From contig NZ_JACJSM010000001.1 in assembly GCF_014698145.1 (NCBI RefSeq), positions 344,633-408,632 of the forward strand: a DNA stretch of 64,000 bases. Reading direction: 5' to 3'. Made by a program: the position numbers and the translations under genes. The first letter of the stretch is position 1. Every line of letters starts with the position of its first letter. A model generated the notes under the pieces. It was given only the letters and a program-made list of their open reading frames with translations, was not told where the DNA came from and ran no database searches. This document shows, piece by piece, positions 1-10,900 of the stretch. Source of the stretch: Oscillatoria sp. FACHB-1406. Its GTDB lineage: Bacteria > Cyanobacteriota > Cyanobacteriia > Cyanobacteriales > Spirulinaceae.

Positions 1-723
1 GAAAACGGCTTCGACGTAAGGGACTGCTGTCTCCATCAGGAACGCTAAGCCTGCCGATTGAGGCAAGATGTCGTAAACTTGACCGCCGAGGGTGACGCTG
101 TAGGTAATCGGTTTGCTAGCATTGGTAACTAAACCATCAAGGATGTGCTGTACGACTTGAGGAATTGATTGAATTTCGCCTTTGTCGTAGCGATCGCTTA
201 ATGAGATAAACATATCGCTCATCACGCGCCAAAACTGCCCTAATGCACTGTAGTAGGACATGACGCGCACTTGTTCCGGTAAAAACTGTGGAAAAAGTTT
301 ATTGAGCAATAAGATTGCCGGATTTCCCTTCCAACGGGCGCGAATGGCTTTGTCGGCAGCAGCTTGAAACTGGGGCGAATCGACATACTCATCTAACTGA
401 CCGCCGCCGTGCCAAAACATGGCTTTCATGCAGTATTCGGCATACTCGAAATTGATGCGATCGTGCCACCAATGCCGCAGCAATCGAGCCGGAGTCACTT
501 CGCCATTAAAATATTTGAAAAAGGGGAATAAGTTCAAAAATTGATGTTCGGCAACATAAATGAGATTGCGGGAATAGGCATCTAAAACAATGCCGTAACT
601 TTTAAGAATGCCGACGACCTCGAGAACGTTTTCGGGAGAATCTGCGAGCAGTGCTTGTCCGGATTCGAGGCGATGAATGTATTCTGAGAGTGGATGTCTG
701 GAGGGAGTGAGAGTAGCTTTCAC
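1..723 (-). CDS. CO2 hydration protein ChpX/ChpY (CupA/CupB) family, N-terminal 241 aa. The C-terminus lies beyond the window edge. Not in the ORF track because it runs off the edge.
   Basis: Manual minus-strand translation from GTG at 721-723 is open to position 1. It reads VKATLTPSRHPLSEYIHRLESGQALLADSPENVLEVVGILKSYGIVLDAYSRNLIYVAEHQFLNLFPFFKYFNGEVTPARLLRHWWHDRINFEYAEYCMKAMFWHGGG..., which matches my memory of the conserved ChpX/ChpY N-terminus. Confidence 0.5.
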   Translation of the reverse strand, partial: MKATLTPSRHPLSEYIHRLESGQALLADSPENVLEVVGILKSYGIVLDAYSRNLIYVAEHQFLNLFPFFKYFNGEVTPARLLRHWWHDRINFEYAEYCMKAMFWHGGGQLDEYVDSPQFQAAADKAIRARWKGNPAILLLNKLFPQFLPEQVRVMSYYSALGQFWRVMSDMFISLSDRYDKGEIQSIPQVVQHILDGLVTNASKPITYSVTLGGQVYDILPQSAGLAFLMETAVPYVEAVF

Positions 724-880
724 TAGGTTTATGCTATAGCGAGCGTTTTTATTCCATTTATTAATGTACTATTGCATTTGCCCCTTGGATCGCTTCCCGA
801 CAATGCTCGCTTCGATCGCTAAATCCACAGCGGAAGGGATTGTTGCGATCGCATTCTCGCGCTCGATTGGGGGATGAGAG

Positions 881-1666
881 TTAATTGTTGAATTCGTAAG
901 GATCTTTGGGCGTGGGGATTTCCGCGATCGCATCGGCAGAATCGACCGCGACGACGACTTGACGCTTCCCCGCCAGCACTTCCGGGATAATTTTACCCTT
1001 GAGTTCCAACCAGCGATCGGGAGGATACTTATCCCGCGCTTGCGGTAATTTAATCGGCAAACCAACCGGAGAAGCATCGACCGCGCAACAGGTAATAATA
1101 AACCGACAGAGGTAAATGTAATTTTCGGGCAAGTCCGCCGGTTGAACGACAAAACCGCTAATCTTAACGGGTTGGTCTTTATAAGCGTCGGGTTCTGGAT
1201 AGGTATTCAGCGTGCGCACCCAATCGACAATCGTTCGATCTTCCGGTTTGACGGCGGCGCGGAAGGTGCGCGTTTGGGTTTGCGTCAGCGGGAGGGCAGC
1301 GCTTACGCCGCGTTGGAGGGCTGTTTCGCTCGCTAAGATTTTTGGGGGAATCAGCAAACCCGCGATCGCAGCGACTAAGAGTAAAAAGGTACTGACTCCG
1401 GGAGGGAAGATCGTAAGATGTTGGACGGTTTGACTATCGCTTGTACGACGCGGTTTGAAACGTTCCAAAAGTTTAAAGCCCCCCATCAACAGCAGGACAA
1501 TCCCCGTACCGAGAACGAGGGATGAATAATTGGGGTGAATAAGCAAGCGCAGTTCGCCGGTTAACCAGAGTTCGATCAGTAGAGCGCCCCAAGCAGCTAA
1601 GGCGAGGAAATCGAGCCAAGGAACAATCGTTTGAGAAAATCGGTTTCGCGTTGCTTTTGCTGTCAT
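881..1666 (-). CDS. TIGR03943/DUF1980 family protein (putative partner subunit of a two-component membrane permease)
   Basis: 261-aa ORF with N-terminal transmembrane segments. It lies immediately downstream of a DUF318 permease, the typical pairing. The overlapping 769..1152 ORF is treated as spurious. Confidence 0.55.
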   Translation of the reverse strand: MTAKATRNRFSQTIVPWLDFLALAAWGALLIELWLTGELRLLIHPNYSSLVLGTGIVLLLMGGFKLLERFKPRRTSDSQTVQHLTIFPPGVSTFLLLVAAIAGLLIPPKILASETALQRGVSAALPLTQTQTRTFRAAVKPEDRTIVDWVRTLNTYPEPDAYKDQPVKISGFVVQPADLPENYIYLCRFIITCCAVDASPVGLPIKLPQARDKYPPDRWLELKGKIIPEVLAGKRQVVVAVDSADAIAEIPTPKDPYEFNN

Positions 1667-1667
1667 A

Positions 1668-1738
1668 AATTATGAATGATGAATTACGAATTGTGAGTGA
1701 TGAATGGGGAATTACGAATTACGAATTACGAATTACGC
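1668..1738. repeat. STRR-like composite repeat: GAATGATGAATTACGAATTGTGAGTGATGAATGGGG + (AATTACG)x4
   Basis: Read directly. It is homologous to the repeat at 33886-33996. Confidence 0.7.
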
Positions 1739-1743
1739 AAAAG

Positions 1744-2787
1744 TTAAAAGAAATAACTGTAACCTAGGGTCAAGATGAGGGTAAGTTGCGCCGCGATCGC
1801 GAATAAATAAATAATCGTCCTGGGTCGAAAAATCGACAGCATCAAGCCAATTCCTTTAATATCGATCATCGGCCCGAAAACCATAAAAGCGAGTAGCGAT
1901 CCGGTGGTAAAAGTCGAAGCAAAAGCTAAAACAAAAAACGCATCCACCGTCGAGCAAATCGAAACAAGCGCCGCCAGCAACATCATTGCCAGAATGGAGG
2001 TAATCGTGCCTTGTCCTAAGCTTAAAACCAACTCGCGCGGCGCTAGCACTTGAATGGCTGCCGCGATCGCGCTTCCTAAAACCAATACGCCGCCTAACTC
2101 TCGCAATTCCTGCACCATATTGTTGAGAAAAAAGCGCAGTTTATCGACGGGCAGATTAAAAAGACGGCGTTCCGGACGCGCGATCGGCTCAAAAGTTGCA
2201 TCAAAGCGCTTCGGTTGTCCTTGCTGACCTAAAATAAACGTTCCCGACTGCAATAGCGCTGGCATTGCTTTTTCCTCTATCGCTGGGGAAGGGCGTTGCT
2301 GACTGGAAACTTGGCGGCGAATAAGGCGTTGAGCCAAATCCGGCTGCAACATCGGGCGCGGATCTTTTTGAACGCTAAACAAACAGCCGATAATGGTGGC
2401 AATAGCTAAAGAAAAAACAATGCGTAAGACTACAACTTGTACGTCTTGGAACGCCACCCAAGTTGCCCAAATGACAACAGGATTGATGGTAGGGGCAGCG
2501 AGTAAAAAACCAATCGCAACCGATGTTGGCGCGCCTTGAACGAGTAAGCGTCGCGCTACGGGGACGTTACCGCACTCGCACACCGGAAATAGAAAACCCG
2601 CACAGCTACCAGCAAAGGCACCCAAAAGCGGGTTACGCGGTAACTTGGCGATGAGTTTGCCTTCATCCACAAATAAAAGTAAAGCGCTCGAGAGCAATAC
2701 GCCTAATAACAGGAAAGGCATTGCCTCGACCAGCAAGCTCAAAAAGAGCGTAAATCCGTTATACAGTTGATTCATCGCGATCTGCAT
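1744..2787 (-). CDS. Predicted permease (COG0701/DUF318 family)
   Basis: 347 aa and polytopic, with the CxC motif FPVCECGNVPVARRL typical of this permease family. Confidence 0.6.
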   Translation of the reverse strand: MQIAMNQLYNGFTLFLSLLVEAMPFLLLGVLLSSALLLFVDEGKLIAKLPRNPLLGAFAGSCAGFLFPVCECGNVPVARRLLVQGAPTSVAIGFLLAAPTINPVVIWATWVAFQDVQVVVLRIVFSLAIATIIGCLFSVQKDPRPMLQPDLAQRLIRRQVSSQQRPSPAIEEKAMPALLQSGTFILGQQGQPKRFDATFEPIARPERRLFNLPVDKLRFFLNNMVQELRELGGVLVLGSAIAAAIQVLAPRELVLSLGQGTITSILAMMLLAALVSICSTVDAFFVLAFASTFTTGSLLAFMVFGPMIDIKGIGLMLSIFRPRTIIYLFAIAAQLTLILTLGYSYFF

Positions 2788-2848
2788 CAGCAGGAAATCG
2801 AGCTACAAAGCTGCCACCGAATTGTAGCCCATTTCGGAACTCGCGCCT

Positions 2849-3829
2849 TTACTGCGGCTCTGCCTCTTCTTTCAACTCAATCTTGACGTTAGGCAAATCC
2901 TCTAGTTTTTCAATCGGTTCTCCATCGGGGATAAGTATCGCCGGGACGAATAGCGTTAAGCCTTGGGGGATACACTCGACTTCTATCGGGGTCTTGCCTA
3001 TGGGTTCGCCGTCCAGTGCGACTTTTTGGGGCGGTTCGGTAGAAATTTTTACCCGCTGCGCCCGCAAATAGCCGATATCGTCCCGTTCGACTGCTTCGCC
3101 GCGCATCCCAGTTTGTAAAAGGTGATAGCTTGCTGCGACCGCACTGGCGCGATCGCTCGGTGCGACTATTGTTATATCTAACAAACCATCATCCTCAATA
3201 ATTCCCGCCGCGCCTTGGGCGAGAACTGAAGTAGGCGGTGCTACATTCGCTACCGTGACCGCCGCCGCCACCGTCGTAATAATTTTATCGTCGGTTTCAA
3301 TTTTGACCTCAAACTGCTCGAAATTCCGCAGTTGTTGGATGCCGGACAAAATGTAGGCCAACATACCAAAGCGATTTTTGACCTCCCGACTGGCTCCTTC
3401 AATGGTTTCAGCCTCAAAACCGATGCCAGCAAGGAGAACCATTGGTTTGCCGTTGCACAAAGCCGCGTCTACAATGCGCGTCTTTCCTTCTACAATGACT
3501 TGACAAGCTTCTTCGATTGTCGTGGGAAAACTTAGGGCTGTCGCAAAAGCATTGGCTGTACCGCGAGAAATAATACCAACGGGAATGTTGGTTCCGAGTG
3601 TCGCTCCCGTTACCGCAGAAAGAGTTCCGTCGCCGCCCGAAGCGATAATTGCATCCGCTCCGCGCGCGATCGCATCCCGCGCTAACTCTCCGGGATCGCA
3701 ATCTGCCGTCGTTACCCGAACCTCTAGCTCGAACTCCGGCTCTAAAAGGCTTTTGATAGTTGCCAAATCCTGTTCGGGGTTTCCTTGACCGGCAACGGGG
3801 TTAAAAATCAAACAAGCAGAACGAGTCAT
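2849..3829 (-). CDS. Diacylglycerol kinase-family lipid kinase (YegS/DagK-like)
   Basis: Motifs LIFNPVAGQG, IIASGGDGTLS and PVGIISRGTANAFA are characteristic of the DAGK catalytic domain. Confidence 0.7.
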   Translation of the reverse strand: MTRSACLIFNPVAGQGNPEQDLATIKSLLEPEFELEVRVTTADCDPGELARDAIARGADAIIASGGDGTLSAVTGATLGTNIPVGIISRGTANAFATALSFPTTIEEACQVIVEGKTRIVDAALCNGKPMVLLAGIGFEAETIEGASREVKNRFGMLAYILSGIQQLRNFEQFEVKIETDDKIITTVAAAVTVANVAPPTSVLAQGAAGIIEDDGLLDITIVAPSDRASAVAASYHLLQTGMRGEAVERDDIGYLRAQRVKISTEPPQKVALDGEPIGKTPIEVECIPQGLTLFVPAILIPDGEPIEKLEDLPNVKIELKEEAEPQ

Positions 3830-4180
3830 AGTTTCAGTTCGATATCTAACTCTCTCTAATCAAAACTAACCGCATTAACGGGTATTGCGAATCGCTTCAG
3901 AATTTTTGGCTTTAACACTTACCGCACCCTTGCATTTAACAGTACCAACATCAATGAACTTTATGATAATTTTAGGACTTTAGGTTGCTGCAACGCATCT
4001 ATCTGGCGAATGAGCCGTCTTTTGGCGCTTTGCTGCTTGCCATCTTGTTCTGAAGTGTAGCGCCGTCAGCAAGTCTTAATTCTTTCAATGGATAGACGAC
4101 AGAAGCTGACATTAACCCCTAAAATTGCGATCGCGGTTCACCAAAGAACAGCAAAATTAAAAATTAAGGAGTTTATCTTT

Positions 4181-4540
4181 ATGGGTTGGTTACAACGAAT
4201 TTTTGGAATTGGTAAAAAAGAGGCAGAGGAAGCCGCTCAAGCCCCTCAAGCTGCTCCTCAAGTATCGACTCCCACAGCAAGCGGTGACAACATTCCCCCC
4301 GAACGAGTTGGGTTGAATGGCGAATACGACCAAAGCGGTTTGGCCAAACGAGTTGCGCTCGCCTTTGACAATAACTCCAACCTGACTGATATTGAGACCC
4401 TCTGGGTTGCTCAAACCAGCGGCACTGTCGTTCTTAAAGGGAGCGTCCCCTCTCAAGATATCCTAGACCAAATGGTAAGCACCGCTCGCGGCGTAGAGGG
4501 TGCCACCTCAGTAGATACCTCCCAAGTGACGATTGGTTAG
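4181..4540 (+). CDS. BON (OsmY-like) domain protein. The track ORF starts at 4088, but ATG 4181 sits 7 nt after an AAGGAG ribosome-binding site.
   Basis: The C-terminal pattern VVLKGSVPSQDILDQMVSTARGVEGATSVDTSQVTIG resembles a BON domain. The RBS supports the 4181 start. Confidence 0.45.
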   Translation: MGWLQRIFGIGKKEAEEAAQAPQAAPQVSTPTASGDNIPPERVGLNGEYDQSGLAKRVALAFDNNSNLTDIETLWVAQTSGTVVLKGSVPSQDILDQMVSTARGVEGATSVDTSQVTIG

Positions 4541-4605
4541 CAACTCGGGTGTAGTTCAAAGAATATATATAGCCATCGCCAAGACAGCTAGGACAAATTT
4601 GGGTA

Positions 4606-4632
4606 GGGGCGAATGCCATTCGCCCGGTTTTC
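4606..4632 (+). terminator. Intrinsic terminator hairpin GGGGCGAATGCCATTCGCCC followed by GGTTTT. A second imperfect hairpin lies at ~4678-4717, between convergent genes.
   Basis: Perfect 9-bp stem plus T tract, 66 nt after the stop of the BON-domain gene. Confidence 0.5.
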
Positions 4633-4758
4633 TACCGCTCGGATTGTCCTCATCGATGTGTCTGTTGCTATAGAGTTAGCGCTTCGGAGGTACGGCTTTT
4701 GCCCCCTCCTCGAAGCGCAACCACAGCCTTCAGTTAACCCAGCGAGCGTTAATCTGTT

Positions 4759-5826
4759 TTAAGTTAGTTGAAATACATCTGCAAAAACCTCCCCAGAATT
4801 TGGCTTTCGCGTTGTATGGGGCGAATCGTAAACCACCATTAAAGCTTCTGTCCCCTCCGCTCCCGGATACAACGTTAGTCCTTCCGCGCGGTCTGCACCC
4901 GCCACAACCGGAAGATTAAAAAGTAACTTTAAACGTTGCGAATCTTGCGAGCTTAACGTACTGCCCAAACCCCGTCCGATATCCCGAAGCTGAAACACCT
5001 TTAAGGCTCCATCAGCCTCCATTGTCGGCCCAGCCAGCACGAGCAAATCCTCTCCTCGCCAACACAAATCTCGCACGCCCAGTCCGTCAAGCTCGAGAAA
5101 ATGCTTATTGTAGAGTTCTCCGTTGGTGCCGAGGGGAGCGAGCGTAAAAACCCCTGTCGCGCTGGTTGTCGCTTCGATTTCCAAAATAACTGCCCAACCT
5201 CGCAGAACCGGGCCGCGCAAGCCCAAAAAGATGCGATTTCCCCGCACTGCTAATCCCTCGATATCAAGCCCATTTTCTTTTGAGGGCAACCCGCTCCTAA
5301 CAATTGTCCCTAAATGAGGATCGGTTGCCAAAGCATCAATGAGAATGTTACTCGTTTCAGTCCTTTGTAGGGCGGCTGCGGTTAAACTTGTCTCAGCGTT
5401 TTGATAAGATTCCACTAATTCGCCGTTCGCGACGGGAATGCGAGCGAGTAAATAACGATTGGGTTCGGCTTTAATTTCAGTCAGTCGCGCGATATCTTCA
5501 GTTTCATTGTTTCCTTTCGCTTTCTTTCGCTTGGTACTGTGCGAACCAACGACCCAAAGATAACCGTCTGCGTAATCTAACCCTTCGACATCGATTTCGG
5601 TTTTAGGGTCTAAGAATGGGAAAAATGGACTGAGGGGGAAGTGCCGCCAATGACCGAAAGTATCAGCTTCGGTCGGCGAAAGGCGCTCGATACCTAAACC
5701 TTCATCAGAACCCAGCCATAGGTTTCCTTCAGGAGTTAGCGCTACAGCAGAAAGCTCGTCAGATACTTGATTTTCCTTGGAATCGAAGCGGAGTCGAAGG
5801 CGAGAGAGTGAAATAGAGTCTGGCAT
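4759..5826 (-). CDS. DUF3616-like conserved hypothetical protein
   Basis: 355-aa ORF with good coding statistics. The family assignment is from memory of similar cyanobacterial proteins. Confidence 0.4.
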   Translation of the reverse strand: MPDSISLSRLRLRFDSKENQVSDELSAVALTPEGNLWLGSDEGLGIERLSPTEADTFGHWRHFPLSPFFPFLDPKTEIDVEGLDYADGYLWVVGSHSTKRKKAKGNNETEDIARLTEIKAEPNRYLLARIPVANGELVESYQNAETSLTAAALQRTETSNILIDALATDPHLGTIVRSGLPSKENGLDIEGLAVRGNRIFLGLRGPVLRGWAVILEIEATTSATGVFTLAPLGTNGELYNKHFLELDGLGVRDLCWRGEDLLVLAGPTMEADGALKVFQLRDIGRGLGSTLSSQDSQRLKLLFNLPVVAGADRAEGLTLYPGAEGTEALMVVYDSPHTTRKPNSGEVFADVFQLT

Positions 5827-5908
5827 AATTGGCAGTGAGAGATGACGACTTCAGGTTCCAATTAACATCGATAATGAGTGGCTTACCGGATTGTTCTCGC
5901 GTAATAAT

Positions 5909-6358
5909 TTAGCGATCGCACTGTCCCCGTTCTAACTTGACTTTCGGGATAGCATTAGGATTGCGCACTCGAGGAGTCTGGGTCAAAATGGCTAAAATTC
6001 CCGTATAGCCTGTTTCTAAGGTTGTATCGCAGAGCAGTTCGACAACCTGCACTCCTAGAATTTCCTCAATCAGAGCTTTAAGATGGGGCTTAATGGCACT
6101 CTCAATTGTCGTGCGCACGACTTGATTAAGATCTGAGCCGCCATTTTTCAAGAGTAATTGTTCGACAGGCGTAATTGCTTCTTCTCCAACCACCGCTAAT
6201 TTATTTGCAAAAAGATGGCAAATTAGCTTTTGAGGTCGATGTCCGAGGTGACAATTATATAAAGCTTGAAGGCTTTGAGCTAAACTTCTTTCGAGTTCTC
6301 CGCTTGTCGGGTAAATCGATGGAATAAGTCCTGAATATGATTCTTCTTCCCACATCAT
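5909..6358 (-). CDS. DUF2294 (MpsC-like) domain protein
   Basis: ~149 aa. Motifs HLGHRPQKLICHLFANKLAVVGEEAITPVEQLL and KPHLKALIEEILGVQVVEL match the DUF2294 pattern. Confidence 0.45.
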   Translation of the reverse strand: MMWEEESYSGLIPSIYPTSGELERSLAQSLQALYNCHLGHRPQKLICHLFANKLAVVGEEAITPVEQLLLKNGGSDLNQVVRTTIESAIKPHLKALIEEILGVQVVELLCDTTLETGYTGILAILTQTPRVRNPNAIPKVKLERGQCDR

Positions 6359-6856
6359 GGCGATAAAAGTTAGGGATTATACGGAATTTTGCCAGGAAGT
6401 GCGGTTACTACAGTTTAAACTTCTGCGATCGCGCACTTTTTACGACTATGGATAAATTTTGGGCAAATATTAGCGTTTGGAGGTTGAGGGACAGTAAGCG
6501 ACCGTTAACCTTAAAACTAAAAGTTCAAGCCCAAAGCTTTATAGCAGTAGCTATTGAGGTTGCGGCAAGAATAACTTGAAAGTTTTTACCCTTCCAATTG
6601 GGGCATACCGCCACCTTTCCGAGCTTCGCTATACATATGATTTAAGCAAAGTGCTGGACAAATTCACATCTCCCAAATTTAATATTTTTTACATTTTACA
6701 GCCTACATCAATCCGTTTTTAGGGGGGTTTTACTATGGATAAAGGGTTATAACCGAACTTTTACTGTACCGCCAGATACTTTATAATTTCTAACCTAAGC
6801 TCGGCTCCGGTAAAGCAAAGTGGCTTAAGGGGTTGAAAAGCTTACCTTCAAAAGCA

Positions 6857-7906
6857 TTAAGACTTTTTAATTGGTAAATAGAGGCTAAATAAAGTCCCCT
6901 TTCCAAGTTCAGATTTAACGTCAATCCTTCCGTGGTGTGATTGCATAATTTGGTTGCACAGGTATAATCCCAACCCGCTCCCCGATCGCAAATGATTGCC
7001 CTGACGAAAACGCTCGAACAGTTTAGCTTTTTCGTTCTCTGAAATCCCGATTCCGGTATCCTCAACTTCCAAAATCAGTTCTTCCCCTCGGCGAGAGAGG
7101 CGCAAGTCGATCGCTCCCTCATCGGTAAATTTAATCGCGTTGCCGATTAAATTGGTTAGCACGCGGCGCAATTCCATGCGATCGCCCCGTACTGTATCGA
7201 TCTCCTCCTCAATCTCAACGCGCAAATCGAGTCCCTTTTCCATCGCTAACGGCGAGAGTTCGCGCGCCACCTCTTCAATCAACTCGGGCAAGTTGAAATC
7301 GATAAAACTGAAAACTTTTTTGCCGACATCGTAGCAATAAACTTCTAGCAACGTATTCAACATCGACAAAAGGTTTTGATTGCTGCTAATCGCACTGCCG
7401 AGTGCCTGTCTCATTTCTGGCGAGACTTCTCCAAACGTACCCTGGCGCATTAAACCCAACATTCGATCCGCCGCAATTAAAGGCGTGCGCAGATCGTGAG
7501 TAAGACAATGAACGAAGTTCTCGCGCTGGTCGATACTCTGCTTGAGGCGCAACAGAGAACGCACCCGAGCTTGCAATTCATCCACCTTGAAGGGTTTGCG
7601 AATAAATTCATCCGCTCCTGCATCCAACCCGGTTACAACGCTGGATTGGTCGTGGGCGGTAATCATTAAGATCGGGATGAAGGGCAAGCGGGGATTGCTG
7701 CGGAGGCGGCGGGCGACTTCATAGCCGTCCATTCCTGGCATCATTACATCGAGCAGGATTAAATCTGGGTGAGCTTTTTCGATTTGAGCTAGCGCTTGCG
7801 CGCCGCTTTCGACCAGCTTGACTTCGTGGCCTTCTTGCTCGAGGGCGAGTTGCACTAAAAGGAGGTTATCGGGATAGTCATCAACAGCGAGAATGTAGTT
7901 ACTCAT
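6857..7906 (-). CDS. Hybrid response-regulator/histidine kinase (REC + HisKA + HATPase_c). The probable start is ATG at 7906; the track ORF extends to 8041.
   Basis: REC motifs ILAVDDYPDN, LILLDVMMPGMDGYEV and KPF are present. The H-box THDLRTPL and the ATPase G-boxes DTGIGI and GSGLGL are present. Confidence 0.75.
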   Translation of the reverse strand: MSNYILAVDDYPDNLLLVQLALEQEGHEVKLVESGAQALAQIEKAHPDLILLDVMMPGMDGYEVARRLRSNPRLPFIPILMITAHDQSSVVTGLDAGADEFIRKPFKVDELQARVRSLLRLKQSIDQRENFVHCLTHDLRTPLIAADRMLGLMRQGTFGEVSPEMRQALGSAISSNQNLLSMLNTLLEVYCYDVGKKVFSFIDFNLPELIEEVARELSPLAMEKGLDLRVEIEEEIDTVRGDRMELRRVLTNLIGNAIKFTDEGAIDLRLSRRGEELILEVEDTGIGISENEKAKLFERFRQGNHLRSGSGLGLYLCNQIMQSHHGRIDVKSELGKGTLFSLYLPIKKS

Positions 7907-7991
7907 GCAGCTTTTAGGATAGAGTATCGGCGCTAAAGAGCGTACCGATGGAGAAGGAACAACCAAATAAGAGAGAGCCTTATTGACACAC

Positions 7992-10900
7992 TCATATTGA
8001 CGTACAGCGAGGTAAATTAATGCTGAAGGTCGTACCCACATTAACTTCGCTTTTTACGTCAATCGCGCCCTGCATCATCTCAACTAAAGATTGAGTAATT
8101 GCCAAACCCAAGCCCGTACCGGAATGTTGGCGGGTCAAGGTTTGATCGACTTGCCGGAATGCTTCAAAGATTTTTTCGATATCTTCCGGGCTGATGCCAA
8201 TCCCTGTATCGCTAACGCAAAGCTCGATGCGTTCTGACCCAACCTCTCTCACTTTCACCGCAATCCTACCGGATTCGGTAAATTTAATTGCATTGGAGAT
8301 GAGATTGGTAAGGATGCGGCGCACCGCACTCGAGTCGTTAACAACAGTGGGATTTGCCATCTGACAATTAACTTCGATCGCGAGGTCTTTTTTCTGGGCG
8401 AGGGAGCGGAGTTCTTCGACGGTCAACCGCGTCAGACCGTTAAGGTCAAAAGATTCGGGTTGTAGTTCCCAACGACCCGCTTCAATTTTAGAGAAATCTA
8501 AGACTTCGTTTAACATCTCCAATAAATGTTTGCTGTTATTGAAGATGCGATCGACCATATCTTTCTGTTTGGGAAGCAGAGAACCGTACTGTTGCAATTG
8601 CAGCATCTGCGAGAAACCGCCGATCGCATTTAAGGGCGTGCGCAATTCGTGGGACATGGTGGCCAAGAATTCCGATTTTAGTCGAAAAGCTTGTTGCAGT
8701 TGCAGGTTTTGTAGGTGAATTTGCTGGCGCTGTTTGGCGAGTTCGTCGGCGCGGGACTTGAGGATCGCTTCGGCTTGCTTGCGCTCGGTAATATCATTTA
8801 AGGTGCCGTAAAGCCCGGAGATGCTACCATCTTCGCTTTCTTCGACGCGGGCGTACATCTCCAACCAACGAAATCCCTCTTCTTTCGTCGGGCAGCGGAA
8901 TTCGCAGCGGAAGGAGGTACGGCGCTGCGCGATCGCGTCGGCAAAGAGTGTCGCGACTAACTGCCGGTCTTTAACCGCATAAATATAGTCGAGCAGGGGC
9001 GTATTCAAACTCTCTTCTACGGTGAAGCCGAGAATCTCCGTCCAAGCAGGACTCAGAAAGATCCAGCGTCCGGTGCAATCGGTTAAGAAAATCACTTCTT
9101 GAACGCTGTTGATCACCGAACTGTAGAGGCGACCGATGGCACGCAGTTTGCTGCGGCGATCGATTAGTTCGCGCTCGAGTTGCTCGTTGAGCGCGACTAA
9201 GGTGGCTTCGGCTTCTTTGCGATCGCTAATATCCCGCGCGATCGAAACAATGACGGACAGCCCATTATAATCGGCAGCGGGACTGATGCGATTGGTGGTT
9301 TCCAACCAGAGATACCCGCCATCGCGCTGGCGCATCCGGAAGCTTTGGGTATATTCCTGTCTTGAAGGCGAGAGCGCCTCTTTAACACTTTGTAATGCGA
9401 CTGCATCTTCTGGGTGCAGAAACTCATAAAATGAACGCCCGATCAGTTCGTCCGGTTCGTACCCCAACAAGCGGCGACAGGCGGGCGAAACGTAAAGATA
9501 AACGCCCTCTAAGGTTTGCGTGGCAATGAAATCCGAGGAGTTCTCCGCTAGCATTTGATAGCGCTTAATCCCTTCGACCAACTGGGTTTCTGCTGCTTTG
9601 CGATCGCTAATATCTTTGTGGGTTCCCGTCACCCGCGTTGGATTTCCAGCCTCATCGCGCGCTACGACTCGGCCGTAATTTCCGAGCCATTTCCACTCGC
9701 CCGATCGCGTCTTTAAGCGATAATCGTAGTCATAAGGCAAGGAACTATCTTCTAGGTGAGCCTGCCATAGTTCCCGAACCCAAGGCAGATCCTCGGGATG
9801 AACTCGCGCTCTCCAATCTTCAACGCTCATGGGGAATTCATTCGGCTCGTAACCCAGCATCTGATACCATTGCGGGCTGAGGTACAGGGTTCCCGTCGTA
9901 ATATCCCAGTCCCACAAGGCGTTCCCCGAGGCTTCTAGAGCGAATTGCAAGCGCTCTTTTGCCTCCTGCAACTCAACTTCGGCCTGTTTGCGCGCCGTAG
10001 TATTTTGCAATGAACCCACCATGCGCAAGGGTTTCCCCTCAGAGTCCCATTTCGTTTCTCCCCGTGCCAAAATCCATTTATAGCTGCCGTCTTTGCAGCG
10101 CATACGATATTCGGCAGTATAGTGAGGTGTCGTGCCGTTGAGATGGACTTGCACGATTTCTTGGACGCGATTAATATCGTCTGGGTGCAGAAGTTCCGCC
10201 CAGGCAAGATAGTGATTTTCGATTTCGCTGTCGCTGTAACCGAGCATCTTTTTAAACAGCGGCGACATGAAGGCTTCGCCCGTCGGAATATTCCAGTCAA
10301 AAATTCCGTCGCCCGTACCGGTGAGGGCTAACTGCCAGCGTTCTTCGCTTTGTCTGAGGGCGGCTTCCGCTCGCTTGCTTTCGGTAATATCTCGACCTTC
10401 AGCGATCTCTAAGATTACCTCTCCTTCGTCGTTAAAGACGGGTTTGAGGGAAAAATCAATGATGGCGACGGTATCGCCCGCCCCCCGAACTTCAACTTCG
10501 TAGCGGATGAATTCTCCTACTGCGGCGCGCGCGATCGCATCTTTTAACTGTTCCTGCTGCGGTGAGAGTTCTCCCTCAATAGGAGCGATCGACTGCCACC
10601 AGGCTGTTTTATAGAACGGAAGACCGAGAACCTCTTCTGCCCGCAAGCCGCCAAATTCGAGGGCGCTTTCATTAGCCTCTAGCAGGATGCCGTCGGGTTG
10701 CAATAGCCCCATAAATTGGAACGTCGAGTTAAACAGCGCCCGAAAACGACGTTCGCTCTCTCGCAACTGAAATTCGGTATGTTTGCGAGCGCTTATGTTT
10801 TTGATTTGAGCGATTACATACAGCGGTTCGCCGTTCTCATCGCGTACTAGCGAAACGTTCAACGAAATCCAGACGTGATGCCCCTGTTTGTGAATGTAGC

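Noticed and set aside
769-1152. 127-aa ORF overlapping the 3' end of the DUF1980 gene
   Set aside because: It overlaps a better-supported longer ORF in another frame, and no motif was recognised.
6790-7065. 91-aa ORF overlapping the 3' end of the REC-HK gene
   Set aside because: It is an overlapping alternative frame of a well-supported kinase gene.
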